From NCBI GenBank assembly GCA_964390555.1, contig CAYMJU010000086.1:7661-71660 (forward strand): a DNA stretch of 64,000 nucleotides, given 5' to 3'. Of the stretch, positions 35,195 to 43,667 are shown in pieces. Origin of the DNA: an uncultured Acidimicrobiales bacterium. GTDB lineage: Bacteria > Actinomycetota > Acidimicrobiia > Acidimicrobiales > SHLQ01. The position numbers and the translations under genes are program-made. Positions within the stretch are counted from its first letter, which is position 1; the number at the start of each line of letters is the position of its first letter. Below the pieces are notes generated by a model, which did not search any database, had not been told where the DNA came from, and was given only the letters and a program-made list of their open reading frames with translations.

Positions 35195-36724
35195 GTGGGC
35201 ACGATCACCATCTCGGGCCCGACCGGCGAGGACGCCCGGCTCGCGGCGTGGGTCGAACGGGAGCTCGGCGGCCGGGTCACCCGGATCGCACGGCTACCTC
35301 GGTGGCGCCCGGCGTGGGACATCGACGTCGAGGTGAGCGGAGAGGTGGTGCCGCTTCACGCCCGAGGGGAGAGGGAGCCGACGATCCTCATGCCCTTCCG
35401 GATCGCCGACGAGGTACCCGTTCATCACCTGCTCGAAGCGCACGGCGTGCCCGTTCCCCACGCCTACGGGCTCTGTGACGATCCCCATGCCCTGGTGATG
35501 GACCGGCTGTCCGGGAACGTCGATCTGTCCTTTGCCGCCGACGACGCCGAACGGGATCAGCTGACCGGCGACTACCTCGAGCACTTGGCCCGCGTCTACG
35601 ACATCCCGATTTCAGCGGCGGTGGCCGCCGGGTTCGAGATGCCCGCCGACGATGCCGGGACCGCCCTGGGCTACTTCCGCAGGATCGAAGCCGACTACGA
35701 CCCGTTGATGGAGGGACAGCCGGTCGATCCGATCGCCCTGTTCTTCCGTCGCTGGTTGGCCGGCAACGTCCCGGTCGGCCGGCGCGCGTCGGCCCGGTTC
35801 ATCCTCTACGACGCGTTCCAATTCATGTTCGCCGAAGGTCGCGTCACCGGTCTGCTCGATTTCGAGACGGCCCACATCGCCGACCCGATGATGGACCTCG
35901 CCGCGCTCCGGGTCCGCGACACCATCAAGAGCATGGGCGATCTCGAAGCCCTGGTCGCCCGCTACGAAGCGGTCACCGGAATCCCGGTCGACCACGACGT
36001 GATCGAGTACCACAGCGTCTTGTACAACGTGTTGTCGGTGATCCCGACCGGGCCGTCGCTTGCCGTGCCGACCAGGGGTGTCGACTGGCTCACGTATCTG
36101 GCGTGGTACACCAACGGCGCCCGGTGGGCGTTCGAGTGCATAGCCGAGATGCGGGGCTTCCAGCTCGACCCCGTCGAGATCCCCGAGCCGCGGCCCACCC
36201 GACGGGCCCCCGCGTACCGCCATCTAGTCGACAGCTTGCGCGCCGCTTCCTCTCCTGGGAGCGAGGCCCCCAGCGACAACTATGAGGGAGCGCAGCGACC
36301 GAGTGGCAGCCGAGGGAGCGAAGCGACCCGGATGCCGATCGGGTCTGGGGGCGCAGCCCCCAGCGACAACTATGAGCGGTTGAGTGCGGGCAAGCTGGCC
36401 AACCACCTGCGGCGCGTCGACGAGGTCGGGCCGGCGTTCGATGCCGCCGATCTCGACGACCTGGCCGGTGTCCTCGGGTATCGCCCCGATCGGGCCGAGG
36501 CCGAGGCCGAGCTGGTCGAGTTGGTGGCCAATGCCGGCCCCGAGCGCGAGGAAGAGCTCGTGCGGCTTCTCGACGCCCGAGCGCAGCGGATGCACTACAC
36601 GCTGGCGTCGTCGACGTCGCTGCTGGTGCGCCACCCGCGGCTTCGCAGCCTGCGTTCGGGCCGGTCGAGCGCCCGGGGAGCCGACGAGAGCTGGCCCGCC
36701 GGCGCCATCCCCGGCACGGCCTGA
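35195..36724 (+). CDS. APH/choline-kinase-like phosphotransferase family protein with an in-frame repeat insertion and a C-terminal extension
   Basis: GTG 35195 directly follows the upstream TGA. Kinase-fold C-lobe: GLLDFETAHIADPMMDLAALR. The catalytic-loop position reads ILYDAFQFMF rather than HGDxxxxN. At 509 aa it is longer than its two paralogs here (344 and 370 aa). Confidence 0.75.
   Translation: MGTITISGPTGEDARLAAWVERELGGRVTRIARLPRWRPAWDIDVEVSGEVVPLHARGEREPTILMPFRIADEVPVHHLLEAHGVPVPHAYGLCDDPHALVMDRLSGNVDLSFAADDAERDQLTGDYLEHLARVYDIPISAAVAAGFEMPADDAGTALGYFRRIEADYDPLMEGQPVDPIALFFRRWLAGNVPVGRRASARFILYDAFQFMFAEGRVTGLLDFETAHIADPMMDLAALRVRDTIKSMGDLEALVARYEAVTGIPVDHDVIEYHSVLYNVLSVIPTGPSLAVPTRGVDWLTYLAWYTNGARWAFECIAEMRGFQLDPVEIPEPRPTRRAPAYRHLVDSLRAASSPGSEAPSDNYEGAQRPSGSRGSEATRMPIGSGGAAPSDNYERLSAGKLANHLRRVDEVGPAFDAADLDDLAGVLGYRPDRAEAEAELVELVANAGPEREEELVRLLDARAQRMHYTLASSTSLLVRHPRLRSLRSGRSSARGADESWPAGAIPGTA
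36267..36376 (+). repeat. Double-hairpin interspersed repeat, copy D (90-bp unit plus duplicated 20-bp end, in-frame in a CDS)
   Basis: CCCCCAGCGACAACTATGAG occurs at 36267-36286 and again at 36357-36376 (period 90 bp, or 30 codons). The body GGAGCGCAGCGACCGAGTGGCAGCCGAGGGAGCGAAGCGACCCGGATGCCGATCGGGTCTGGGGGCGCAG aligns with copies A-C. Confidence 0.8.
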
Positions 36725-36754
36725 TCGGCGCCGCCGGCAGCCTGTCCAGCCCGG

Positions 36755-37513
36755 TCAGTGGGTGACGCCGACGGGCTCGCCGAAGAGCAGCACGGCGTTG
36801 GCCTTGGCGTCTTCGGGGATCGCAGCCCAGATGAGGCCGGCCGATTCCTCGGCCTCGAGGTAGTTGCCGGTCTGAACCGCCTCGGCCACGCCGGCCTGTC
36901 CGGGGTACGAGTCCGGCGGGAGCTCGGCGTCGCGTCTCGCGGCTGGCGTGTTCACGAAACCGGGGCGGATCGCGGTGACCCACGGACCCTTGCCACGATG
37001 CTTGCGCTCCTTGCGGACGGCGCGGACCCACTGTTCCATCGATGCCTTGGCCGCGCCGTATATGGCGAGGCCCGGATAGGCGATCCGGGCCGACGCCGAG
37101 GAGATCTGGACCAGACCGACGTCGACCCCGGCATCGACGGCGGGTCCGCTGGCCCGTAGGAACATGTCGCCGAGCACGAGAGGTGACATCACGTTGGCGA
37201 TGATCTCGTCTCGGTGGTGGTCGAGGTCCCCCTCACCCGCGAAGGCGCGGCCACCCCAGAAGTAGAGGGCGTTGTGGATGAAGATCGCTTGGCGGCCTCG
37301 GAAGGTGGCCAAGACCTCGGTGAGGTGGTCACCGACGGCGCCCCACGTATCCATGTCGGTCAGGTCGAAGCGAACGGTCTCGTGGTCGGGGTGATCGCGT
37401 CGAGAGACGCTGATGATCTTGGTGTTCGGCCACGGGCAGGTGCGGGCGAGCGCTTCGCCGATTCCGGATGTGGCTCCGGTGATCCAGACGATGTTGTCGT
37501 AGGAGTCGGTCAC
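36755..37513 (-). CDS. Short-chain dehydrogenase/reductase
   Basis: GTG 37513 lies 4 nt after the upstream stop and opens VTDSYDNIVWITGATSGIGEAL. Catalytic motif YGAAKAS. Confidence 0.8.
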   Translation of the reverse strand: MTDSYDNIVWITGATSGIGEALARTCPWPNTKIISVSRRDHPDHETVRFDLTDMDTWGAVGDHLTEVLATFRGRQAIFIHNALYFWGGRAFAGEGDLDHHRDEIIANVMSPLVLGDMFLRASGPAVDAGVDVGLVQISSASARIAYPGLAIYGAAKASMEQWVRAVRKERKHRGKGPWVTAIRPGFVNTPAARRDAELPPDSYPGQAGVAEAVQTGNYLEAEESAGLIWAAIPEDAKANAVLLFGEPVGVTH

Positions 37514-37517
37514 GGCG

Positions 37518-38594
37518 TCAGCGTACGAGCCCCGGGTTTCGTTCGAGGCCGAAGTCAAACGGTGACAAGATCCCGGGAGCGCTCTCACAGACATCGGGGA
37601 TGCGGTTGACGATCCGGAATGCCGTGGCGGCTTCGAGGGCATGGTAGTTGCTCCCGTGATCGTCGGTTCCGAACAGGTTCAGCTCGTAGCTCGGCCAACC
37701 CTCGATGACGATCCGGTAGACCCCATCGGGAACCATCGGTTGCGGCCAATCGGGCGCGACCGATGGGTGCAGTCGGGTGACGTGCTCGACGCTCACGATC
37801 TCGCGCCCGTCGCGGTATCCGTGGACCCCGAATCGCAGGGCCCCGACGGTGCCGGCTTCGATCCGGCCGGCGCCGACCTCGACCGCCGCGGCGGTCGGGT
37901 ACCGGTCGGTCGTCTCGCGGATCTCGTCGATCTCCACGCCGATGCCCTCGGCCACCAGCTCGACGGTCGGTGCCCAGTAGCGACTAGGCCGGCCAGGGGC
38001 GAGGTAGGGCGGGAGCGGTGAGTCGACGGGGGCGCCGAACCCGAACCAGCGGAACTGCGTGTCGGCGTCGTCGTAGTGCGCGTAGCTCATGATCTCCATG
38101 ATCCGGACCCGGTCGACCCGCCCGCAGATGCCCGTGAGCAGGATCGGGAGCGCGTCGGTGGCGAAGCCGGGGTGGATGCCGGAGACGAACAGGCTCGACT
38201 GGCCTCGTTTACACGCAAGCGCCAGCCGCTCGGTGCTGCGGAGGGACACGTGCCGGGCGTTCGGGTTGATCGCCGGCACCAACGCCGAGGACACCACGTT
38301 GGCGCCGGTCTCCAGGATCGTCGCCAGTTCGTTGGTCGTGTCCTTGGTGTTGCGCGGGCAATGGCAGATGCAGTCGGCGTCCACAGCCAGCACCGCGTCG
38401 ATGTCGCGGGTGGCGACGATGCCGGTCTCCGCGGCACCGCACAACGTCCCCGCATCGAGACCGTCCTTGGCGGGGTCGAACACGAGCACGCCACCGAGCT
38501 CGAGGAGAGGGTGCTCGATGATGGCTCGCAGCGCCGAGGCACCGACCGATCCGGTCGCCCACTGCACGACCTTGTACCTACGGTCTGTCGGCAC
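37518..38594 (-). CDS. DapB-N-like NAD(P)-binding protein (2,4-diaminopentanoate / native amine dehydrogenase family)
   Basis: YKVVQWATGSVGASALRAIIEHPLLELGGVLVFDPAKDGLDAG is the family's typical N-terminus. A paralog lies at 49411-50466. Confidence 0.7.
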   Translation of the reverse strand: MPTDRRYKVVQWATGSVGASALRAIIEHPLLELGGVLVFDPAKDGLDAGTLCGAAETGIVATRDIDAVLAVDADCICHCPRNTKDTTNELATILETGANVVSSALVPAINPNARHVSLRSTERLALACKRGQSSLFVSGIHPGFATDALPILLTGICGRVDRVRIMEIMSYAHYDDADTQFRWFGFGAPVDSPLPPYLAPGRPSRYWAPTVELVAEGIGVEIDEIRETTDRYPTAAAVEVGAGRIEAGTVGALRFGVHGYRDGREIVSVEHVTRLHPSVAPDWPQPMVPDGVYRIVIEGWPSYELNLFGTDDHGSNYHALEAATAFRIVNRIPDVCESAPGILSPFDFGLERNPGLVR

Positions 38595-38642
38595 TACGAC
38601 ACCTCTTGTAGTCGAGCGAGTACATGATGCTGGGCCGCCGGC

Positions 38643-39518
38643 TCAGGGTTCTGGGACCTCGAAGTGCTCGTCGCGCAGCTGGAACGCTCCCTTGGTGCCG
38701 AGCTGGGCGCGCGACTTCACGAAGTTGAACTCGCCCTCCTCGAACTGAAGATTCGTGCCGAAGGCGTGGATGAGGTAGCTGGTCACCTCTTCGCCTTGGT
38801 AAGCCTGAAGTTGCTCGACGAGTCGGAATGCTTCTTTGGCCATCACGACGCCGTCGGCGGGCATGCGGGCGATCTTCTGCGCGAACCACTCGGCCCGGGC
38901 GGCCACCAACGTGTCGTCGACGACCTCGGTGAAGATGCCGAGGTGGGCGAAGGTCGAGGCCGCCATGGTGTCACCGGTGAGCAACAGGCGGCGGGTGAGC
39001 ACCGGGCCGAGCCGGTGGAAGAACATGTGCAGCGAACCGAGCGCCGGGCCGAGCAACCGGGTGGCGGGCATACCCACGATGGCGTTCTCGGCGACGACCG
39101 CGATGTCGGCCATGAGCGCCAGCTCGAACCCACCGCCGAGTGCGTAGCCCCGCACCTCGGCCACGGTGGCTTTCGGGTAGCCCAGGAACTCGTGGTAGAA
39201 GTCGAAAGCTCGGCGGTCGACGGTGAGCCGGCGCCGCTGGCTCGGGCGGCGCTTGCGGCTGCTTTCGTCGCGGGGGTCGGAACCCTCGCCGTACCAGGCG
39301 TAGGCATTGTTCATGTCGGCGCCGGTGCTGAAGACGCCACCCTCGCCACGTAGGAGCACGACGGTGATGTCGTCGTCCTCGGCGAGCTCGTTGAGGTAGT
39401 CGCCTAGCTGGCGGCGCATCGGTGGGTCGTAGGCGTTTCGTCGCTCGGGGTTGTCGATCGTGACGCGCGCGATGCCCGTCTCGAGGTCGCGCTCCATGCG
39501 GACTCGTGGGTCGGTCAC
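38643..39518 (-). CDS. Enoyl-CoA hydratase/isomerase family
   Basis: GTG 39518 follows AGGAGG. Motifs: IARVTIDNPERRNAY and LLRGEGGVFSTGADM. Confidence 0.85.
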   Translation of the reverse strand: MTDPRVRMERDLETGIARVTIDNPERRNAYDPPMRRQLGDYLNELAEDDDITVVLLRGEGGVFSTGADMNNAYAWYGEGSDPRDESSRKRRPSQRRRLTVDRRAFDFYHEFLGYPKATVAEVRGYALGGGFELALMADIAVVAENAIVGMPATRLLGPALGSLHMFFHRLGPVLTRRLLLTGDTMAASTFAHLGIFTEVVDDTLVAARAEWFAQKIARMPADGVVMAKEAFRLVEQLQAYQGEEVTSYLIHAFGTNLQFEEGEFNFVKSRAQLGTKGAFQLRDEHFEVPEP

Positions 39519-39599
39519 GTCGCCTCCTGCCTGGTCTTCTACTTTGCGGCAATCGCGGGACCACCGTACACTTAGATCTAGATATTTCTCAAGACGCCG

Positions 39600-39634
39600 C
39601 GCCTGTAGGTGAACGATCGACGTCCAAGCCGGTC
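39600..39634 (+). promoter_or_regulatory. Conserved 5' module, diverged copy Z
   Basis: CGCCTGTAGGTGAACGATCGACGTCCAAGCCGGTC shares the core CGCC-GTAGGTGAACG(T/A)TCGACGTC with copies X and Y. It lies 91 nt upstream of ATG 39725. Confidence 0.4.
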
Positions 39635-39724
39635 ACGGTCAGGAGCCGACGAACGCCGTGGCGCTCGGCCGACTTTCGGGGCCGGTGGCGCGGTCCGGTC
39701 ACTGCGGCGAGGATGGGCGAAGCG

Positions 39725-40501
39725 ATGGATTACGCGACAATTCTGTACGAGGTGTCCGCCGACAAGGTCGCCACCATCACGCTCAACCGGCCCGACGTGC
39801 TCAACGCCTTCGACCGGCAGATGTGCGAGGAGATGCGCCACGCTTGGCGCCAGGTCAAAGACGACCCGGCGGTCAACGCGGTGGTCCTCCGGGCGGCCGG
39901 CGACCGGGCGTTCTCAGCCGGACTCGATACCAAGAAGCCGTTCGGGCAGCCCGACGACGTCTGGAACCACGAGGACCCCGGTGAGTATCTGAGCCCCAAG
40001 TGGCAGGCGTGCTGGAAGCCGGTCGTGTGCGCCGTCCAGGGGATGTGCACGGCCGGCGCGCTCTACTTCCTCAACGAGGCCGACGTGGTGATCTGCTCGC
40101 CCGAGGCCACGTTCTTCGACTCGCACGTCACCTACGGGTTGGTGTGCGCGCTCGAACCGGTCGGGCTGATGCGACGGGTCGGTTTGGCCGAGACCTTGCG
40201 CATCGCCCTCTCCGGCAACGACGAGCGGGTCACCGCCGACACCGCCCTGCGCATCAGCTTGGTCACCGAGGTGGTGCCCCGGGACCAGCTGTGGGCGCGG
40301 GCGCACGAGATCGCAACGGGGATCGCCCGCAAACCGTCCTCGGCGACGCAGGGAACGGTGAGGGCGATCTGGGAGTCCCTCGACCGTCCGTACCGCGCCG
40401 CCATGCAGCAGGGGCTCATCTACACCCGGCTCGGCAACCCGATCGGCCAGGCCGTGGTGGCCGAACACGGCATCGACCGGACCGAACCGCGGTTCCGCTG
40501 A
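39725..40501 (+). CDS. Enoyl-CoA hydratase/isomerase family
   Basis: ATG 39725 opens MDYATILYEVSADKVATITLNRPDVLNAF. Oxyanion-hole region: VLRAAGDRAFSAGLD. The alternative start is ATG 39713. Confidence 0.85.
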   Translation: MDYATILYEVSADKVATITLNRPDVLNAFDRQMCEEMRHAWRQVKDDPAVNAVVLRAAGDRAFSAGLDTKKPFGQPDDVWNHEDPGEYLSPKWQACWKPVVCAVQGMCTAGALYFLNEADVVICSPEATFFDSHVTYGLVCALEPVGLMRRVGLAETLRIALSGNDERVTADTALRISLVTEVVPRDQLWARAHEIATGIARKPSSATQGTVRAIWESLDRPYRAAMQQGLIYTRLGNPIGQAVVAEHGIDRTEPRFR

Positions 40502-41970
40502 TGAGTGACCTCTCCCAGCTCAGCGCGCGGATAGCTGACATCGTCGCCGTCGACCCTGCGGCGCCCGCCTTCGAGTTCGAGCGCCAGTGGTACCCGTGGG
40601 GCGATATCGCCGCGTCGGTCGAGTCGATCGCCCGTTGTGTCGAGCCCGGCACGCGCGTCGGGGTCCTGCTGCGCAACCGACCGCCGCAAGTCGGACTGCT
40701 GCTCGGACTCTTGGCTACCGGGGCCTGCGTCGTCACCATCAACCCCGACCGGGGATCCGAGCGGGTGCGCGCCGACCTGGCCCGGCTGGGGCTCCCGGCG
40801 CTGGCCGGGGAGCCCGGCGATCTCGCGGTGTTCGGTGACGCCAGCGACGCCCCGCTGCGCCTGGCCAGCGAGCACCCGGCGGCGGTCTCGGTCGTTGGCG
40901 TCGCCACCGGCAACGATGTCGGGCGCCCGGGGGTGGCGGTCGAGATGCTCACCAGCGGCACGACCGGCTCCCCGAAGAGGGTTCCGCTCACCTACGAGAC
41001 GCTCCTGCGGGTGCTGGTCGGGGCCAAGCACTACGAGCGCAACCAGCAGACCGATCTCCGGCTGCGGTCGGGGGTGATGATCGTCAACTCGCCGCTGGTC
41101 CACCTCGGCGGGCTGTTCCGCGTGTTGCAGTGCGTGTTCGACGGCCGTTCGTTCTGCCTGCTCGAGAAGTTCCGGGTCGACGAGTGGGCCGACGCTGTTC
41201 GCCGCCACCGGCCGAGCACGGTCAGCCTCGTCCCCGCCGCGCTGCGGATGGTGCTCGAGGCCGATCTCGACCCGAGTGACCTGGCGAGCGTCCGGTCGGC
41301 GGTGTCGGGGACCGCACCGCTGTCGCCCGACGACGCCGACGCCTTCCGGGCCAGGTACGGCGTGCCGGTGCTGATCTCGTACGCGGCGACCGAGTTCGGC
41401 GGCGGGGTCGCGGGCTGGAACCTGGCCGACCACGAGCAGTACTGGTCACAGAAGCGGGGCAGCGTCGGGCGGGCTCACCCGGGTTGCGAGCTGCGGGTCG
41501 TGAACGGCGAAACCGGCGCCCCGGTCGGCGCGGACCAGGAGGGCCTCCTCGAGGTGAAGACCCGCCAGCTCGGCGACGACGCCGGCTGGACGCGTACCAC
41601 CGACGTCGCCCGCATCGATGGTGACGGCTTTGTGTGGATCCTCGGCCGCGCCGATCAGGCGATCATCCGGGGCGGGTTCAAGATCCTTCCCGACGACGTA
41701 CGGGCCGCGCTCGAGAGCGATCCCCGGGTGCGGGGCGCGGCGGTGATCGGCCGTCTCGATCCACGGCTCGGCGCTGTTCCAGTGGCAGCCGTGGAGCTCC
41801 GCGACGGGGCGCACTCGGTCAGCCCCGAGGAGTTGCTCGCCGCGGCCTCGGCAATCCTCGCCCCGTACGAGATCCCCGCCGAGCTGAGGGTCGTCGACGC
41901 CTTGCCCAGGACCCCGCCCGGCAAGGTCGATCTCGCCGCGGTGCGCGAGCTCTTCACCGGTTCCCCCTGA
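40501..41970 (+). CDS. Acyl-CoA synthetase (AMP-dependent ligase)
   Basis: ATG 40501 shares 1 nt with the upstream TGA (TGATG). AMP motif: EMLTSGTTGSPKRVPL. C-terminal GFVWILGRADQAIIRGGFKI. Confidence 0.85.
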   Translation: MSDLSQLSARIADIVAVDPAAPAFEFERQWYPWGDIAASVESIARCVEPGTRVGVLLRNRPPQVGLLLGLLATGACVVTINPDRGSERVRADLARLGLPALAGEPGDLAVFGDASDAPLRLASEHPAAVSVVGVATGNDVGRPGVAVEMLTSGTTGSPKRVPLTYETLLRVLVGAKHYERNQQTDLRLRSGVMIVNSPLVHLGGLFRVLQCVFDGRSFCLLEKFRVDEWADAVRRHRPSTVSLVPAALRMVLEADLDPSDLASVRSAVSGTAPLSPDDADAFRARYGVPVLISYAATEFGGGVAGWNLADHEQYWSQKRGSVGRAHPGCELRVVNGETGAPVGADQEGLLEVKTRQLGDDAGWTRTTDVARIDGDGFVWILGRADQAIIRGGFKILPDDVRAALESDPRVRGAAVIGRLDPRLGAVPVAAVELRDGAHSVSPEELLAAASAILAPYEIPAELRVVDALPRTPPGKVDLAAVRELFTGSP

Positions 41971-41983
41971 CCGGGGGATCGCA

Positions 41984-42793
41984 TCAGCGGCACTGCCAGT
42001 CGGGGGCGCGCTTCTCCAGGAACGCGCGAGGACCCTCCAGCGCGTCGTCGGTGTGGGCCACACGGAGCCGGGCGGCTTCGGCCACCAACTCGGCTTGGTA
42101 GACGGGGAGCCCCAGGCCCTTGCGGATTCCGAGCCGGGTGCCGCGCACGGCGAGCGGGGCGTTGCGGTTCACCATGGCGGCGATCTCCCACGCCCGGTCC
42201 ATCAACCTCTCGGGCTCGACCAGTTCGGTGACCAAGCCGAGCTCGTAGGCGCGCTGGGCGCTCAGCCGTTCCTGAGTGCCCATGAGAGCGACTCGCATGG
42301 CCACGTTGACTGGAAGCACCCGCGCCAGGCGCACCGACTCGCGAGCTGACACCACGCCGATGCTCACATGGGGGTCGAGGAACGTGGCCGTGGTCGAGGC
42401 GATGGCGATGTCGGACGTGGTGATCAGGTCGAGCCCGGCGCCGGCGGCGATGCCGTTCACCGCGCAGATGATCGGTTTGGCCATCTCGAGGTAGGGCGGT
42501 GTGGCTTCGGCCGACGCGTTCCACTGCCAGTACGAGCCGAGCAGGGTTTCGCCGCGCGTGTCGATGCCTGGCGCGGGCTGTTCGACGGTGGCGACGTCGG
42601 CGCCGCTGCAGAGGGCGCGCCCGGCGCCGGTGATGATGAGCGTCCAGACCTCGTCGTCATCCTCGGCGGCCCGGTAGGCCACGCCGAGCTCGCGGATCAT
42701 CGTGTGGTCGATGGCGTTGAGCTTGTCGGGCCGGTTCAGCGTGATGCAGGCCGTGCGCTCCCTGCGCTCATAGAGGATGGTCTCGAATTCCAC
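41984..42793 (-). CDS. Enoyl-CoA hydratase/isomerase family
   Basis: GTG 42793 follows GGAGAC and opens VEFETILYERRERTACITLNRPDKLNAI. Oxyanion-hole region: IITGAGRALCSGADV. The 429-aa ORF-track version was trimmed to 269 aa. Confidence 0.85.
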   Translation of the reverse strand: MEFETILYERRERTACITLNRPDKLNAIDHTMIRELGVAYRAAEDDDEVWTLIITGAGRALCSGADVATVEQPAPGIDTRGETLLGSYWQWNASAEATPPYLEMAKPIICAVNGIAAGAGLDLITTSDIAIASTTATFLDPHVSIGVVSARESVRLARVLPVNVAMRVALMGTQERLSAQRAYELGLVTELVEPERLMDRAWEIAAMVNRNAPLAVRGTRLGIRKGLGLPVYQAELVAEAARLRVAHTDDALEGPRAFLEKRAPDWQCR

Positions 42794-42992
42794 GTCGTCT
42801 CCGATGGGGTGGTGGGCGGGACTTGCGATCAATGGTCGGCGATGATCAGCCCGGCGAGGCAGCGCCCGCCCCTCGAGGTGCGACGGTACTCCTTGATCTT
42901 CGGGAGCATTCACGGGCGGCAGATGCGTTGCACCCGCGCCGCGGCGAGAATACTGTACCTCTAGATCTTTTGCGACTGCCCGGGGTGCGTGA

Positions 42993-43667
42993 ATGCCGAA
43001 CGAAATGGTCGAGCCGAGTTCGCCAGCGCCCGGTCCGTGGGTCTTCGGCGAGGCGCCGATGGCTGAGACTTGCGAGCTGGCACCGCTGCTGCGGCGGGTG
43101 GCCGGGCTGGTGTTGTCGTTGGAGGAGCCCGACCCCGTGGTGGCCCGGCTGATAGCGGAACTACGCCGAGCCGAGCGGGAGCTGGCCGAGCGCGTACCCT
43201 CCGATCTGACACCGCGGCTCGGCGCCGATGCTCGGTCCGACCAGCGTGTGTACCTCGACCACGGCAGCCACATCGGCGCCTACAACCCGTGCTTCCCGGA
43301 GTACGAGATCGTGGTCGATGGGTCGCGTGCGGCCGGCACGGTGACGTTCGCGTTGGTGTTCGAAGGGCCGCCGGGGATCGTGCACGGTGGGGTGCTCGCC
43401 ACGTTCTTCGACAGCGCGATGCAGCATCACAACTGTGAGCTCGGGCAGGCCGGCAAGACCGTCACGCTTCAGGTTCGCTATCGCCGCCCGACCCCGGTCG
43501 GTGTTCCCCTGCATTTCGAGATCGATCGTGAGGTCGACGAGCGCCGCATCACGTCCACCGCGCGCTTGATCCTGGGCGAGGAGATCCTGAGCGTCGCCAC
43601 GATGGAAGCGGTCGCGGGTGATCGCCAAAACCTGCCGTCGCAGTCGCCGCGCCGATCGGCACCGTGA
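42993..43667 (+). CDS. PaaI/4HBT-type hotdog-fold thioesterase
   Basis: PPGIVHGGVLATFFDSAM matches the G-x-x-HGG...D motif in the C-terminal ~130 aa. About 90 aa of N-terminal extension precede it. Confidence 0.7.
   Translation: MPNEMVEPSSPAPGPWVFGEAPMAETCELAPLLRRVAGLVLSLEEPDPVVARLIAELRRAERELAERVPSDLTPRLGADARSDQRVYLDHGSHIGAYNPCFPEYEIVVDGSRAAGTVTFALVFEGPPGIVHGGVLATFFDSAMQHHNCELGQAGKTVTLQVRYRRPTPVGVPLHFEIDREVDERRITSTARLILGEEILSVATMEAVAGDRQNLPSQSPRRSAP

Noticed and set aside
10571-36376. Whether the four repeat copies could be a CRISPR array or a tRNA/ncRNA gene family.
   Set aside because: The copies are 3-19 kb apart, are not regularly spaced, and have no uniform spacers or cas genes. There is no cloverleaf or T-loop (GGTTCGAATCC-like) motif. 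No rRNA- or tRNA-like sequence was seen in any intergenic gap; all gaps are shorter than 280 bp.
39567-39590. A recurrent AT-rich motif TAGATCT / AGATCTAGA in three promoter regions: 39573, 42962, and 59721 on the opposite strand. Two of them share an extended GTACnnnTAGATCT.
   Set aside because: It is only a 7-mer, and intergenic regions are locally AT-richer, so a few chance recurrences in 64 kb are plausible. No consistent distance to start codons was found. It could be worth a genome-wide motif test, but it is not supported as a site here.
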